DNA from: Caulobacter sp.
GTDB lineage: Bacteria; Pseudomonadota; Alphaproteobacteria; Caulobacterales; Caulobacteraceae
NCBI GenBank assembly: GCA_028291055.1
Contig: JAQGIP010000133.1
Coordinates: forward strand, 3,113-67,112
DNA: 64,000 bases
Reading direction: 5' to 3'
Position numbers and translations under genes: made by a program
Shown: piece after piece, positions 29,094 to 37,289 of the stretch
Layout: every line of letters begins with the position of its first letter
Numbering within the stretch: position 1 is the first letter of the stretch
Notes under the pieces: generated by a model
The model's input: the letters and a program-made list of their open reading frames with translations, nothing else
Told to the model about the DNA's origin: nothing
Database searches by the model: none

Positions 29094-31130
29094 ATGAAGA
29101 AGCTCACGCTCGTGGCCGCCGCCGCGGCCGTCGTCCTGACCGGCGTCGGGGCCGGCGCAGCCTTTGGAGCTGCCGCCCCGCCGCTGATCGAGCGCACCAA
29201 GCTGTTCGGCAACCCGAGCCGTTCGCAGGGCCGCATCAGCCCGGACGGCCAGTGGCTGTCGTGGCTGGCGCCGCGCGACGGGGTGATGAACGTCTGGGTC
29301 GCGCCCGCCGCTGATCCGAGCAAGGCGCGGCCGCTGACCGCGGAGAAGACGCGGCCGATCCGCAGCTATTTCTGGGCGCCGGATTCCAAGTCCATCCTGT
29401 TCATCAACGACAAGGGCGGGGACGAGAACTTCCTGCTCTATGGGGTCGATGTGACCAGCGGGGCGCTGAAGACGCTCACCCCCTTCGAGAAGACCCGCGT
29501 GCAGATGATGGGCGCGAGCCGCCACATCACCGATCGAGTGATTGTGGGCCTGAACAACCGCGATCCGCGCTGGCACGACGTCTATAGCCTGGACCTGAAG
29601 ACCGGGGGGCTGACCCTGATCCTGAAGAACGACGGGTTCGGCGGCTTCGACATCGACGAGAATTTGAAGGTGCGTTCGGCCTATAAGGCGCGCCCCGACG
29701 GCGGGGTCGATGTCTATGACGTCGACGGGTCCACGATCGCGGCGACGCCGTCAGAATCCATCCCGTTCGAGGATGCGGAGACCACCACCTCCATCGGCTA
29801 CACCACCGACGGCAAGACCCGCTACTGGATCGACAGCCGTGGGCGCGACACCGCCGCGGTGATCGGCGAGGACATGGCCACCCACAAGAAGACGGTGTTG
29901 GCGCAGGACCCGCGCGCGGACGTCGAAGGGCTGATGGCAGACCCGAAGACGGGCCGCATCCAGGCCTATGCGGTCAACTATCTGAAGACCGAATGGACGG
30001 TGACGGACACCGCCATCGGCGGCGACATGGCCTTCCTGCGCTCCAAGCTGAAGGGTGAGATCGCCATCACCTCGCGCACCGACGCGGACGACCGCTGGAC
30101 GGTGGCGGTGGATCCTGTCAGCGCGCCTTCGGCCACCTACCTCTATGACCGCAAGGCCAAGACGCTGACCAAGCTGTTCACGACGCGGCCGGAGCTGGAG
30201 GGCGCGCCACTGGCGCCCATGTATCCGGTCGAGATCAAGACGCGTGACGGACTGACGGAGGTCTCCTACCTGACCCTGCCGCCGGGCAGCGATGCGGACG
30301 GCGACGGCAAGCCCGACAAGCCGGTGCCGATGGTGCTGCTGGTGCACGGCGGGCCGTGGGCGCGGGACAGTTATGGCTACAACGGCCTTCACCAGTGGCT
30401 GGCCAACCGGGGCTATGCGGTGCTGTCGGTCAACTACCGGGCCTCGACCGGCTTCGGGAAGAAGTACCTCGCGGCGGGCAACCTGCAGTGGGGCCTGAAG
30501 ATGCACGACGACCTGCTGGATGCGGTCGGCTGGGCGGTGAAGTCGGGCGTGACCACCCCCGACAAGGTGGCCATCATGGGCGGCTCCTATGGCGGCTACG
30601 CCACCCTGGCGGGGCTGACCTTCACCCCGACCACCTTCGCCTGCGGCGTCGACATCGTCGGGCCGTCAAACCTGAACACATTGCTGGAAGCCATCCCGGC
30701 CTATTGGGAGTCGGGGCGCACCCAGATGTATCTGCGCATGGGCGATCCGCGCACGCCGGACGGCCAGGCGGTGCTGAAGGCGGCCTCGCCGCTGTTCAAG
30801 GCCGACGCCATCCAGCGGCCGCTGCTGATCGGCCAGGGCGCCAACGACCCGCGCGTCAACAAGCGCGAGGCCGAGCAGGTAGTGGCGGCGATGAAGGCCA
30901 AGGGCATTCCGGTGACCTATGTGCTGTTCCCCGACGAGGGCCACGGCTTCGCGCGGCCGCAGAACAACATCGCCTTCTATGCGGCCTCCGAGCAGTTCCT
31001 GGCGCGCTGCCTGGGCGGCCAGGCCGAACCGTTCGGCTCGGCCTTGAGCGGGTCGTCGATCACCGTGCCCGAAGGCGCGCCGCTGGTGCCGGGGCTTGCG
31101 GAGGCGTTGGCGGCGGCGGGGGCGAAGTAG
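29094..31130 (+). CDS. secreted S9-family serine peptidase (prolyl oligopeptidase/dipeptidyl peptidase-like)
   Basis: MKKLTLVAAAAAVVLTG signal peptide, an N-terminal beta-propeller region, and a C-terminal alpha/beta hydrolase with GGSYGGY nucleophile elbow plus GANDPRV and DEGHGF. The track start at 29079 is TTG. Confidence 0.88.
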   Translation: MKKLTLVAAAAAVVLTGVGAGAAFGAAAPPLIERTKLFGNPSRSQGRISPDGQWLSWLAPRDGVMNVWVAPAADPSKARPLTAEKTRPIRSYFWAPDSKSILFINDKGGDENFLLYGVDVTSGALKTLTPFEKTRVQMMGASRHITDRVIVGLNNRDPRWHDVYSLDLKTGGLTLILKNDGFGGFDIDENLKVRSAYKARPDGGVDVYDVDGSTIAATPSESIPFEDAETTTSIGYTTDGKTRYWIDSRGRDTAAVIGEDMATHKKTVLAQDPRADVEGLMADPKTGRIQAYAVNYLKTEWTVTDTAIGGDMAFLRSKLKGEIAITSRTDADDRWTVAVDPVSAPSATYLYDRKAKTLTKLFTTRPELEGAPLAPMYPVEIKTRDGLTEVSYLTLPPGSDADGDGKPDKPVPMVLLVHGGPWARDSYGYNGLHQWLANRGYAVLSVNYRASTGFGKKYLAAGNLQWGLKMHDDLLDAVGWAVKSGVTTPDKVAIMGGSYGGYATLAGLTFTPTTFACGVDIVGPSNLNTLLEAIPAYWESGRTQMYLRMGDPRTPDGQAVLKAASPLFKADAIQRPLLIGQGANDPRVNKREAEQVVAAMKAKGIPVTYVLFPDEGHGFARPQNNIAFYAASEQFLARCLGGQAEPFGSALSGSSITVPEGAPLVPGLAEALAAAGAK

Positions 31131-31308
31131 GGGCGAAAGCCTCCTCCCCACTCCGCTCATCCCGGCGAAAGCCGGGATCCATGGAGCCTATCAGGGCGGA
31201 CTCTACAGGCAGATGGCGGGCGCGGACCTCCCATGGGTTTCAGGGCTTCCGGCAAGTCAGTATGGATCCCGGCTTTCGCCGGGATGAGCGGAGGGTTGTG
31301 GGCCCCTA
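31128..31308. repeat. family-B palindromic element, copy B2, spanning stop codon to stop codon
   Basis: Core is 31151-31294 (CTCCGCTCATCCCGGCGAAAGCCGGGATCCATGG ... TATGGATCCCGGCTTTCGCCGGGATGAGCGGAGG). The outer arms TAGGGGC (31128) and GCCCCTA (31302) contain the TAG stops of both convergent genes. Confidence 0.85.
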
Positions 31309-33318
31309 AAACCGCAACCTGGCCCCCACCCGCGCAGTCCTTGGAGGCCCATAGCTGACGATCCCGTCCGCCGTGCGGCCGGTTTCCACATCCGCGTCGC
31401 CGAGGTTGTCCACGGCGATGTAGAGCAACGCCTTGTCGGTGACCTGCCAGTCGGCCTCCGCGTCGAGGCTGACGGAGGGGCCCAGACGGCGGCTGTTGAG
31501 GTCATCATCATAGCGCACGCTCTCGCCGCGCAGGTCGGCGTGGAGGGTGAGCGGCCCGGCGATGCGCCAGTCGATGCCGGCGGTGACGGTAAGCTCCGGC
31601 GTTTCGGCGGGGCGCAGGCCGGTCAGCTGCGGGGCGGCGGCTTGGCCGTCGACGCGGGCGTGGGTGTAGCTGACCGCGCCGCGCAGGGTGAGGGCGTCGC
31701 TCGCGCGGTAGCTGGTCTCGCCCTCCAGGCCCCAGGCATCGACGCGGCCGGCGTTGCGGCGCTGACGCAGGACGCCACCGGCGGGAATCAGGCCCGCGAC
31801 CGGGTCGGTGAAGGGGCCGATGCCGACAGTGACGTTGGTGACGGGGTCGGACAGGCGGTTGGCGAAGAGGGTCAGGCTCCAGGCGGTGGCGCCGCCCTGC
31901 CCGCCGACGCCGGCCTCGACGCCATAGAGGCGTTCGGGCTTCAGGGTGGGATTGGCCTCGGTGATGTCGTTGCCGACCCGGAAGGGGCGGTGCAGTTCGT
32001 TCAGGGTGGGCGGGCGGAAGCCGGCGTAGCTGGCGGCGCGCCAGTAGAGGCCGTTGCCCGTCTGGTAACGGACCCCAGCGCGGCCGGTCGGCAGCAGGCC
32101 GGAGCGGTCGCCGGGGCGGACATCGAGGGTGATGGCGTTGGTGGCGAGGTCGCGCTCGAGGCGCTTGCCGTCGCTGGTGGACCAGCGGTCCAGGCGCGCA
32201 CCAAGTCCCACGGTCCAGGGGCCGTTGGCGTAGGCGCCCTCGCCATAGAGGCCGAGGTCGAGGTTGGCGCCGCCGGCCACGCGGTTGCGGGTGAAGGTCC
32301 CGCCGATGAAGCGGAAGCGTTCGCGGGTTTCACCCTTGGCCGCCCGGGCGTCGGCGCCGGCTTCCCAGGTCCAGTCGCCGCCGGTCCAGCGCAGGGCGGC
32401 GTTGGCGCCGTAGCCGGTGGCCGGGGTGGAGTCCTGCGCGTTGGCGGGGGTGGTGGTGGCGCGTCCGGCCGCCACGGCGACGGAGGTGTTGCGCAGATCC
32501 GACGCCGAGACCCAGGCGCCCATGCGCCAGCCGATGGCGTTTGGTGCGGGCTGCTGGGCAATGGCAAACGCAAGCTCGCCGCCCTGGGCGCGGGAGGCGG
32601 CGCCGGCCAGGCCGGAACCGCGAGCCTCACGATAGCCGGAAAGGGTCACCTGTCCGGTGGCGGGGCCGAGATCGCCGGTCAGGCGGGCCTGGGCGTTGGC
32701 GTAGTCGAGGGTCAGCGGCTGATCCGCCGCGCCCGCGCCGGTGCGCACCGGGGTCCAGCCGTCGCTGTGGCCGCCGGACGCGGCGAGGAAGAGATCATTG
32801 CCCCCGCCGGTGCGGTGATCCCAGGTCAGGGCGACGCGGCTCTGGCCCAGTTCGCCGATGGAGGCCGACAGGCCGCTCGCGTGGCCGCCGGTCAGGGCCA
32901 CCACGCCGGTGAGCGCACCGGCGCCATAGGGCCCCGCGCCTGCGCCGCGCACGACCTGGGCGCCGCCGATGGCTTCGGAGGGCAGCGCCGACCAGATGAC
33001 CCAGCCGCCGAAGGGATCGTTCTGAGGCGCGCCGTCGAGGGTGACCAGGGCCCGGCCGGCGCCGGAGCCGGCGATGCCGCGCAAGGACAGGCCCTGGGTG
33101 GTCGGGTTGGCGCCGAGGCTTGATGTGCGCCGGAACAGCGAGACGCCCGGCACGGTGGCCAGGGCTTCATCCAGGCGCGGGTTCTGCTCAAGCGCTTCCG
33201 GCGTCACGCGCACGATGGAGAAGACGGCGTCGGAGGGCGACGGCGGCAGGGTGGCGGCGCGGATCTCGACCGCCGCCACCGGGGTCGGCGGCGGGGCGGG
33301 GGGCGGAGGTTGGTCCAT
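31306..33318 (-). CDS. TonB-dependent receptor lacking a detectable signal peptide (possibly 5'-truncated)
   Basis: Plug (VTPEALEQNPRLDEALATVPGVSLFRR...LSLRG...VTLDGAPQNDPFGGWV) and barrel ending ...RTARVGARLRF. The N-terminus is MDQPPPPAPPPTPVAAVEIRAA, and an in-frame TGA lies immediately upstream of the ATG. Confidence 0.75.
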   Translation of the reverse strand: MDQPPPPAPPPTPVAAVEIRAATLPPSPSDAVFSIVRVTPEALEQNPRLDEALATVPGVSLFRRTSSLGANPTTQGLSLRGIAGSGAGRALVTLDGAPQNDPFGGWVIWSALPSEAIGGAQVVRGAGAGPYGAGALTGVVALTGGHASGLSASIGELGQSRVALTWDHRTGGGNDLFLAASGGHSDGWTPVRTGAGAADQPLTLDYANAQARLTGDLGPATGQVTLSGYREARGSGLAGAASRAQGGELAFAIAQQPAPNAIGWRMGAWVSASDLRNTSVAVAAGRATTTPANAQDSTPATGYGANAALRWTGGDWTWEAGADARAAKGETRERFRFIGGTFTRNRVAGGANLDLGLYGEGAYANGPWTVGLGARLDRWSTSDGKRLERDLATNAITLDVRPGDRSGLLPTGRAGVRYQTGNGLYWRAASYAGFRPPTLNELHRPFRVGNDITEANPTLKPERLYGVEAGVGGQGGATAWSLTLFANRLSDPVTNVTVGIGPFTDPVAGLIPAGGVLRQRRNAGRVDAWGLEGETSYRASDALTLRGAVSYTHARVDGQAAAPQLTGLRPAETPELTVTAGIDWRIAGPLTLHADLRGESVRYDDDLNSRRLGPSVSLDAEADWQVTDKALLYIAVDNLGDADVETGRTADGIVSYGPPRTARVGARLRF

Positions 33319-33342
33319 TCAGTCTCCGCCCCTGCGCGAATA

Positions 33343-35475
33343 TTACTTCCCGACCGAGACCGGGGGTTTGTTGGCGGGCGGCGGCGGACCGGCGCCCTTG
33401 GCTTCCTTGAGGATATAGGCCCGAATGTCCTCCGCTTGCGAGGGGCCGAAGAAGGTCGCGAAGCTGATCATGCCGCGATCCTTGCGCGCGCCCTCGATCA
33501 CCACCGAACGGAAGTTCTCCGGCGTTTGCACCATCATTGAGCGCTTCAGGTCGGGCAGATATTGGCCCGACACGTTGGGCCCGTGACAGACCGAGCAGTT
33601 CTGGTGGTAGAGGGCGAAGCCGCGCGTGGCGTCGCCGGTGGAGGCTGCCGCCGTCAGGTCGACCCCAGTGTCGGGGGCCTTGGGATAGGGGGCGATGGTC
33701 CCCTTGCCGCCGATCTTGAACACCAGCAGACGGCCCATCTTGCGCGGCTGGTTGCCCAGGAAGACGTTGGCGGCCAGGGGCGCGGCGCCGCCGTAGCCGA
33801 CCATCACCGCGATATATTGCTCGCCGTCGATCTCATAGGTGGCGGGCGCGGCGATCACGCCGTTGCCGGCGTCGTAGCTCCAGACAAGGTGGCCGTCCTT
33901 GGCGCTGTAGGCCGCGAACTTGCCCTCGGCGCTGCCCTGGAAGACCAGGCCGCCGCCGGTGGCCAGCACGCCGGCGTTCCAGAAGAAGGGGTGGTCAACG
34001 GTCCAGCGGACCTTCTGGGCCACCGGATCCCAGGCGATCAGGCGGCCATGCAGCATGGCCTTCATGGCGTTGACCTGGGCCTTGTCGTCCGGAAGCGCCG
34101 ACAGCAGGGTGTTGATGCCGGTGTTCCAGGCCCCGTCACGATAGGTGAACTGGCCATCGTCGCCGTAGCCGAAGGGCACCTCCATGGCCGGGATGTAGAC
34201 CAGGCCCTCCTGAGGGTCGTAGGCCATGGGCTGCCAGTTATGGCCGCCATAGGGGGCCGGGATCATCAGGGCCGGGTTCTTCTCATAGCGGATGCCGGGC
34301 TTTTCGATGGGCCGGCCGGTCGTTGGATCGACGCCCTCGGCCCAGTTCTGGGCGATGTAGGGCTTGGCCGAGATCAGCTTTCCGGTGGCGCGATCGATCA
34401 CATAGAAGAAGCCGTTCTTGGGCGCCTGCATCAGCACCTTGCGCGGCGCCCCGTCGATGGTCAGGTCGGCCAGCATGATGTGCTGGGTGGCGGTGTAGTC
34501 CCAGCTTTCGCCGGGCGTGGTCTGATAGTGCCAGACGTATTCGCCGGTGTCGGGCTTCAGCGCGACGATGGACGACAGGAAGAGGTTGTCGCCCTTGCCG
34601 CCCGAGCGTTTCAGGTGGTTCCAGGGCGAGCCGTTGCCGACGCCGACATACATGATGTCGAGCTCGGGATCGTAGGCCATGGCGTCCCAGGGCGTGCCGC
34701 CGCCGCCGGAATGCTTCCAGGCCCCGTCGGACCAGGTGGCCGCGCCCTTCTCGGCCATCACCTTGTCGGACGCCGCGCCGTCGGGTTTTCCCTCGGGATT
34801 GGGCGTCATGTAGAAGCGCCAGGCCAGCTTGCCGGTCTCCGCGTCATAGGCCGAGAGGTAGCCGCGCACGCCGTATTCCGCGCCGCCCTGGCCGATCAGC
34901 ACCTTGCCCTTGATGACGCGCGGGGCGCCGGTGATGGTGTAGGGCTTGGACTTGTCCGTGGTCTGGACCGACCAGGCTTCCTTGCCGGTCTTGGCGTCCA
35001 GCGCGATCAGGCGCCCGTCGAGCGCGCCCACGAAGACCTTGCCGCCCCAGGCCGCCACGCCCCGGTTGACCACGTCGCAACAGGCCGAGAAGCCGCGCTG
35101 GCCGTCCACATGCGGGTCGTAGGACCAGAGCGGCGCGCCGCTCTTGGCGTTGAAGGCATAGACCTTGGACCAGGCGGTGGTGGTGTAGAGGACGCCGTCG
35201 ACGATCAGGGGCGTGGCCTCCTGCCCCCGGTCGGTGTCGAACTGCGCCGACCAGGCCAGGCCCAGCTGGCCGGCGTTGGCCTGGTTGACGGTGGTCAGGG
35301 GCGAGAAGCGCTGCTCGGAATAGGTGCGGCCGTAGCTCATCCAGTCGGCGTTGTCGGCGTCCGCCTTGGCCATGCGCGCGGCGTCGACGCCCCCGCCGCC
35401 CGACTTGGCGGGCATGCAGGCCACGAGCGCGGCGGACATGATGACGACGGCGGCGGCGGCGATGACGCGGCGCAT
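33343..35475 (-). CDS. PQQ-dependent quinohaemoprotein alcohol dehydrogenase (type II)
   Basis: Signal peptide, DWMSYGRTYSEQRFSPL, W-rich propeller repeats, vicinal CC (SACCDVVNRG), and a C-terminal cytochrome c domain with CSVCHG. Confidence 0.9.
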   Translation of the reverse strand: MRRVIAAAAVVIMSAALVACMPAKSGGGGVDAARMAKADADNADWMSYGRTYSEQRFSPLTTVNQANAGQLGLAWSAQFDTDRGQEATPLIVDGVLYTTTAWSKVYAFNAKSGAPLWSYDPHVDGQRGFSACCDVVNRGVAAWGGKVFVGALDGRLIALDAKTGKEAWSVQTTDKSKPYTITGAPRVIKGKVLIGQGGAEYGVRGYLSAYDAETGKLAWRFYMTPNPEGKPDGAASDKVMAEKGAATWSDGAWKHSGGGGTPWDAMAYDPELDIMYVGVGNGSPWNHLKRSGGKGDNLFLSSIVALKPDTGEYVWHYQTTPGESWDYTATQHIMLADLTIDGAPRKVLMQAPKNGFFYVIDRATGKLISAKPYIAQNWAEGVDPTTGRPIEKPGIRYEKNPALMIPAPYGGHNWQPMAYDPQEGLVYIPAMEVPFGYGDDGQFTYRDGAWNTGINTLLSALPDDKAQVNAMKAMLHGRLIAWDPVAQKVRWTVDHPFFWNAGVLATGGGLVFQGSAEGKFAAYSAKDGHLVWSYDAGNGVIAAPATYEIDGEQYIAVMVGYGGAAPLAANVFLGNQPRKMGRLLVFKIGGKGTIAPYPKAPDTGVDLTAAASTGDATRGFALYHQNCSVCHGPNVSGQYLPDLKRSMMVQTPENFRSVVIEGARKDRGMISFATFFGPSQAEDIRAYILKEAKGAGPPPPANKPPVSVGK

Positions 35476-35598
35476 GAGCTTCCTCCCAGAGGCGTCCGCC
35501 GGTGGCCGGCCAGACGGCCGCCCCGAGGGTTCGCAGCCAGGAGACTACAACGATTGCGGGACGGGGAAAGGCTGTCCCTGCGTTACCTGTCGCAAGTG

Positions 35599-36378
35599 CT
35601 AGTAGGTGTTGGCGAAGGCCACGCCGCCATCGACCGTCAGGGTCACGCCCACCACATAGTCGCCGGCGCGCGAGGCCAGATAGATGGCGGCGCCGGCCAT
35701 GTCCTCGTCCGTGCCGACCCGGCGCGACGGGATGCGTTTGGCGGTCTCCTCGGCGTGGTCGCGCGCGACAGTGTTCATCTCCGAGGCGAAGGCGCCGGGG
35801 CAGATGGCGGTCATGACGATGTTGTCAGCGATCAGGGTCGCGGCCAGCCGCCGGGTCAGGTGGATCAGGCCGGCCTTGGAGGCGTGGTAGCTGTAGGTCT
35901 CCTGAGGATTGGGCCGCTGGCCGTCGATGGAGGCGATGTTGATCACCTTGGCGGGGCGCTCCATCGAGGCGGCGGCCTTCAGGGCCGGATGCAGGGCCTG
36001 GGTCAGGAAGAAGGGCGACTTGACGTTCAAGTTCATCACCTTGTCCCAGCCGGCCTCCGGGAAGTCGTCGAAGGGGGCCAGCCAGGCCGCGCCGGCGTTG
36101 TTGACCAGGATGTCGAGCCTGGGCTCGCGCTTCATGATCTCCTCGGCCAGGCGCTTGCAGCCCTCCACCGTGGAGATGTCGATGGGGATGGAGATGCATT
36201 CGCCGCCATTGGCCGACAGTTCGGCGGCGGTGGCGTCGGAGACGGCGGCCTTGCGGGCGGTGATGTAGACCTTGGCGCCCTGCTCGATGAAGCCGGCGGC
36301 GATCATCTTGCCGATCCCGCGCGAGCCGCCGGTGACCAGGGCGACCTTGCCCTTCAGCGAAAACAGATCCGAACCCAT
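35599..36378 (-). CDS. SDR-family oxidoreductase (RhlG/FabG-like)
   Basis: KVALVTGGSRGIGK, NNAG, and a YSYHASK catalytic Y-x3-K. Confidence 0.85.
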   Translation of the reverse strand: MGSDLFSLKGKVALVTGGSRGIGKMIAAGFIEQGAKVYITARKAAVSDATAAELSANGGECISIPIDISTVEGCKRLAEEIMKREPRLDILVNNAGAAWLAPFDDFPEAGWDKVMNLNVKSPFFLTQALHPALKAAASMERPAKVINIASIDGQRPNPQETYSYHASKAGLIHLTRRLAATLIADNIVMTAICPGAFASEMNTVARDHAEETAKRIPSRRVGTDEDMAGAAIYLASRAGDYVVGVTLTVDGGVAFANTY

Positions 36379-36464
36379 GCGCCGCGCTCCCGTTTGATGT
36401 TTGAACCGTCGTGCCTCCGCCGGGAGGCTTTGTCCAACCCTTCTCCGGGACTATCGTCAGGACC

Positions 36465-37289
36465 ATGAGTGAACGCAGCCCCGTCGTGGACCACCACGCC
36501 CTGCAATGGCGGGACGGCCAGGCGAACCCCATCGTCAGGCCCCTGGCCGAGGAGGTGGCCGTCGCCATTACCTATAGTGGCCAGGCGCATGCGGTGCTGA
36601 TGGCCACGCCCGCCGACCTGGGCGACCTGGCCGTGGGCTTCACGCTGAGCGAGGGAATCGCGGCGTTCGGGGATCTGGGCGCCATTGCAGTGACCGAGTC
36701 GGCGGACGGGATGGTGGCGGACGTGACGCTGTCAGCGAAGGCGCTGGCGGGTCTGGCGTCGGCGCGGGAACGGACGATGGCCAGCCGGACGAGTTGCGGA
36801 CTTTGCGGCGTGACCTCCCTGGAGGCGGCGGTGCGGGCCCTGCCCCGTCTGGACGGTGTACCGAGCGTCACATCGCAGGCCCTGCAGCGGGCGCTGGCGG
36901 CGCTGGAGGGTGAACAGACGCTGGGACGGACGACGCGGGCCACCCATGCAGCCGCCTGGGCCGGCGCCGACGGGGCCTTGCGGCTCGTGCGCGAGGACGT
37001 CGGGCGCCACAATGCGTTGGACAAGCTGATCGGGGCGGCGGCGCGGGCGGGGCTCGATGCGTCGAGCGCCTTCATCGTCGTCACCAGCCGGTGTTCCTAT
37101 GAGATGGTGGAGAAGGCGGCGCTGGCGGGCGTGACCGTGCTGGTCGCCATCTCGGCGCCGACGGCGCTGGCGATCCGCAAGGCGCAGGAGGCCAACATGA
37201 CCCTGGTCGCCCTGGCGCGCGCCGACGGGCACATGGTCTTCACCGGCGGCGAGCGGCTGACCGGACCGATGGCGGAGGCCGCGGAATGA
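36465..37289 (+). CDS. fdhD: formate dehydrogenase accessory sulfurtransferase FdhD
   Basis: ...EEVAVAITYSGQAHAVLMATPADLGDLAVGF...SCGLCG...VGRHNALDK...SRCSYEMV. ATG at 36465. Confidence 0.88.
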   Translation: MSERSPVVDHHALQWRDGQANPIVRPLAEEVAVAITYSGQAHAVLMATPADLGDLAVGFTLSEGIAAFGDLGAIAVTESADGMVADVTLSAKALAGLASARERTMASRTSCGLCGVTSLEAAVRALPRLDGVPSVTSQALQRALAALEGEQTLGRTTRATHAAAWAGADGALRLVREDVGRHNALDKLIGAAARAGLDASSAFIVVTSRCSYEMVEKAALAGVTVLVAISAPTALAIRKAQEANMTLVALARADGHMVFTGGERLTGPMAEAAE

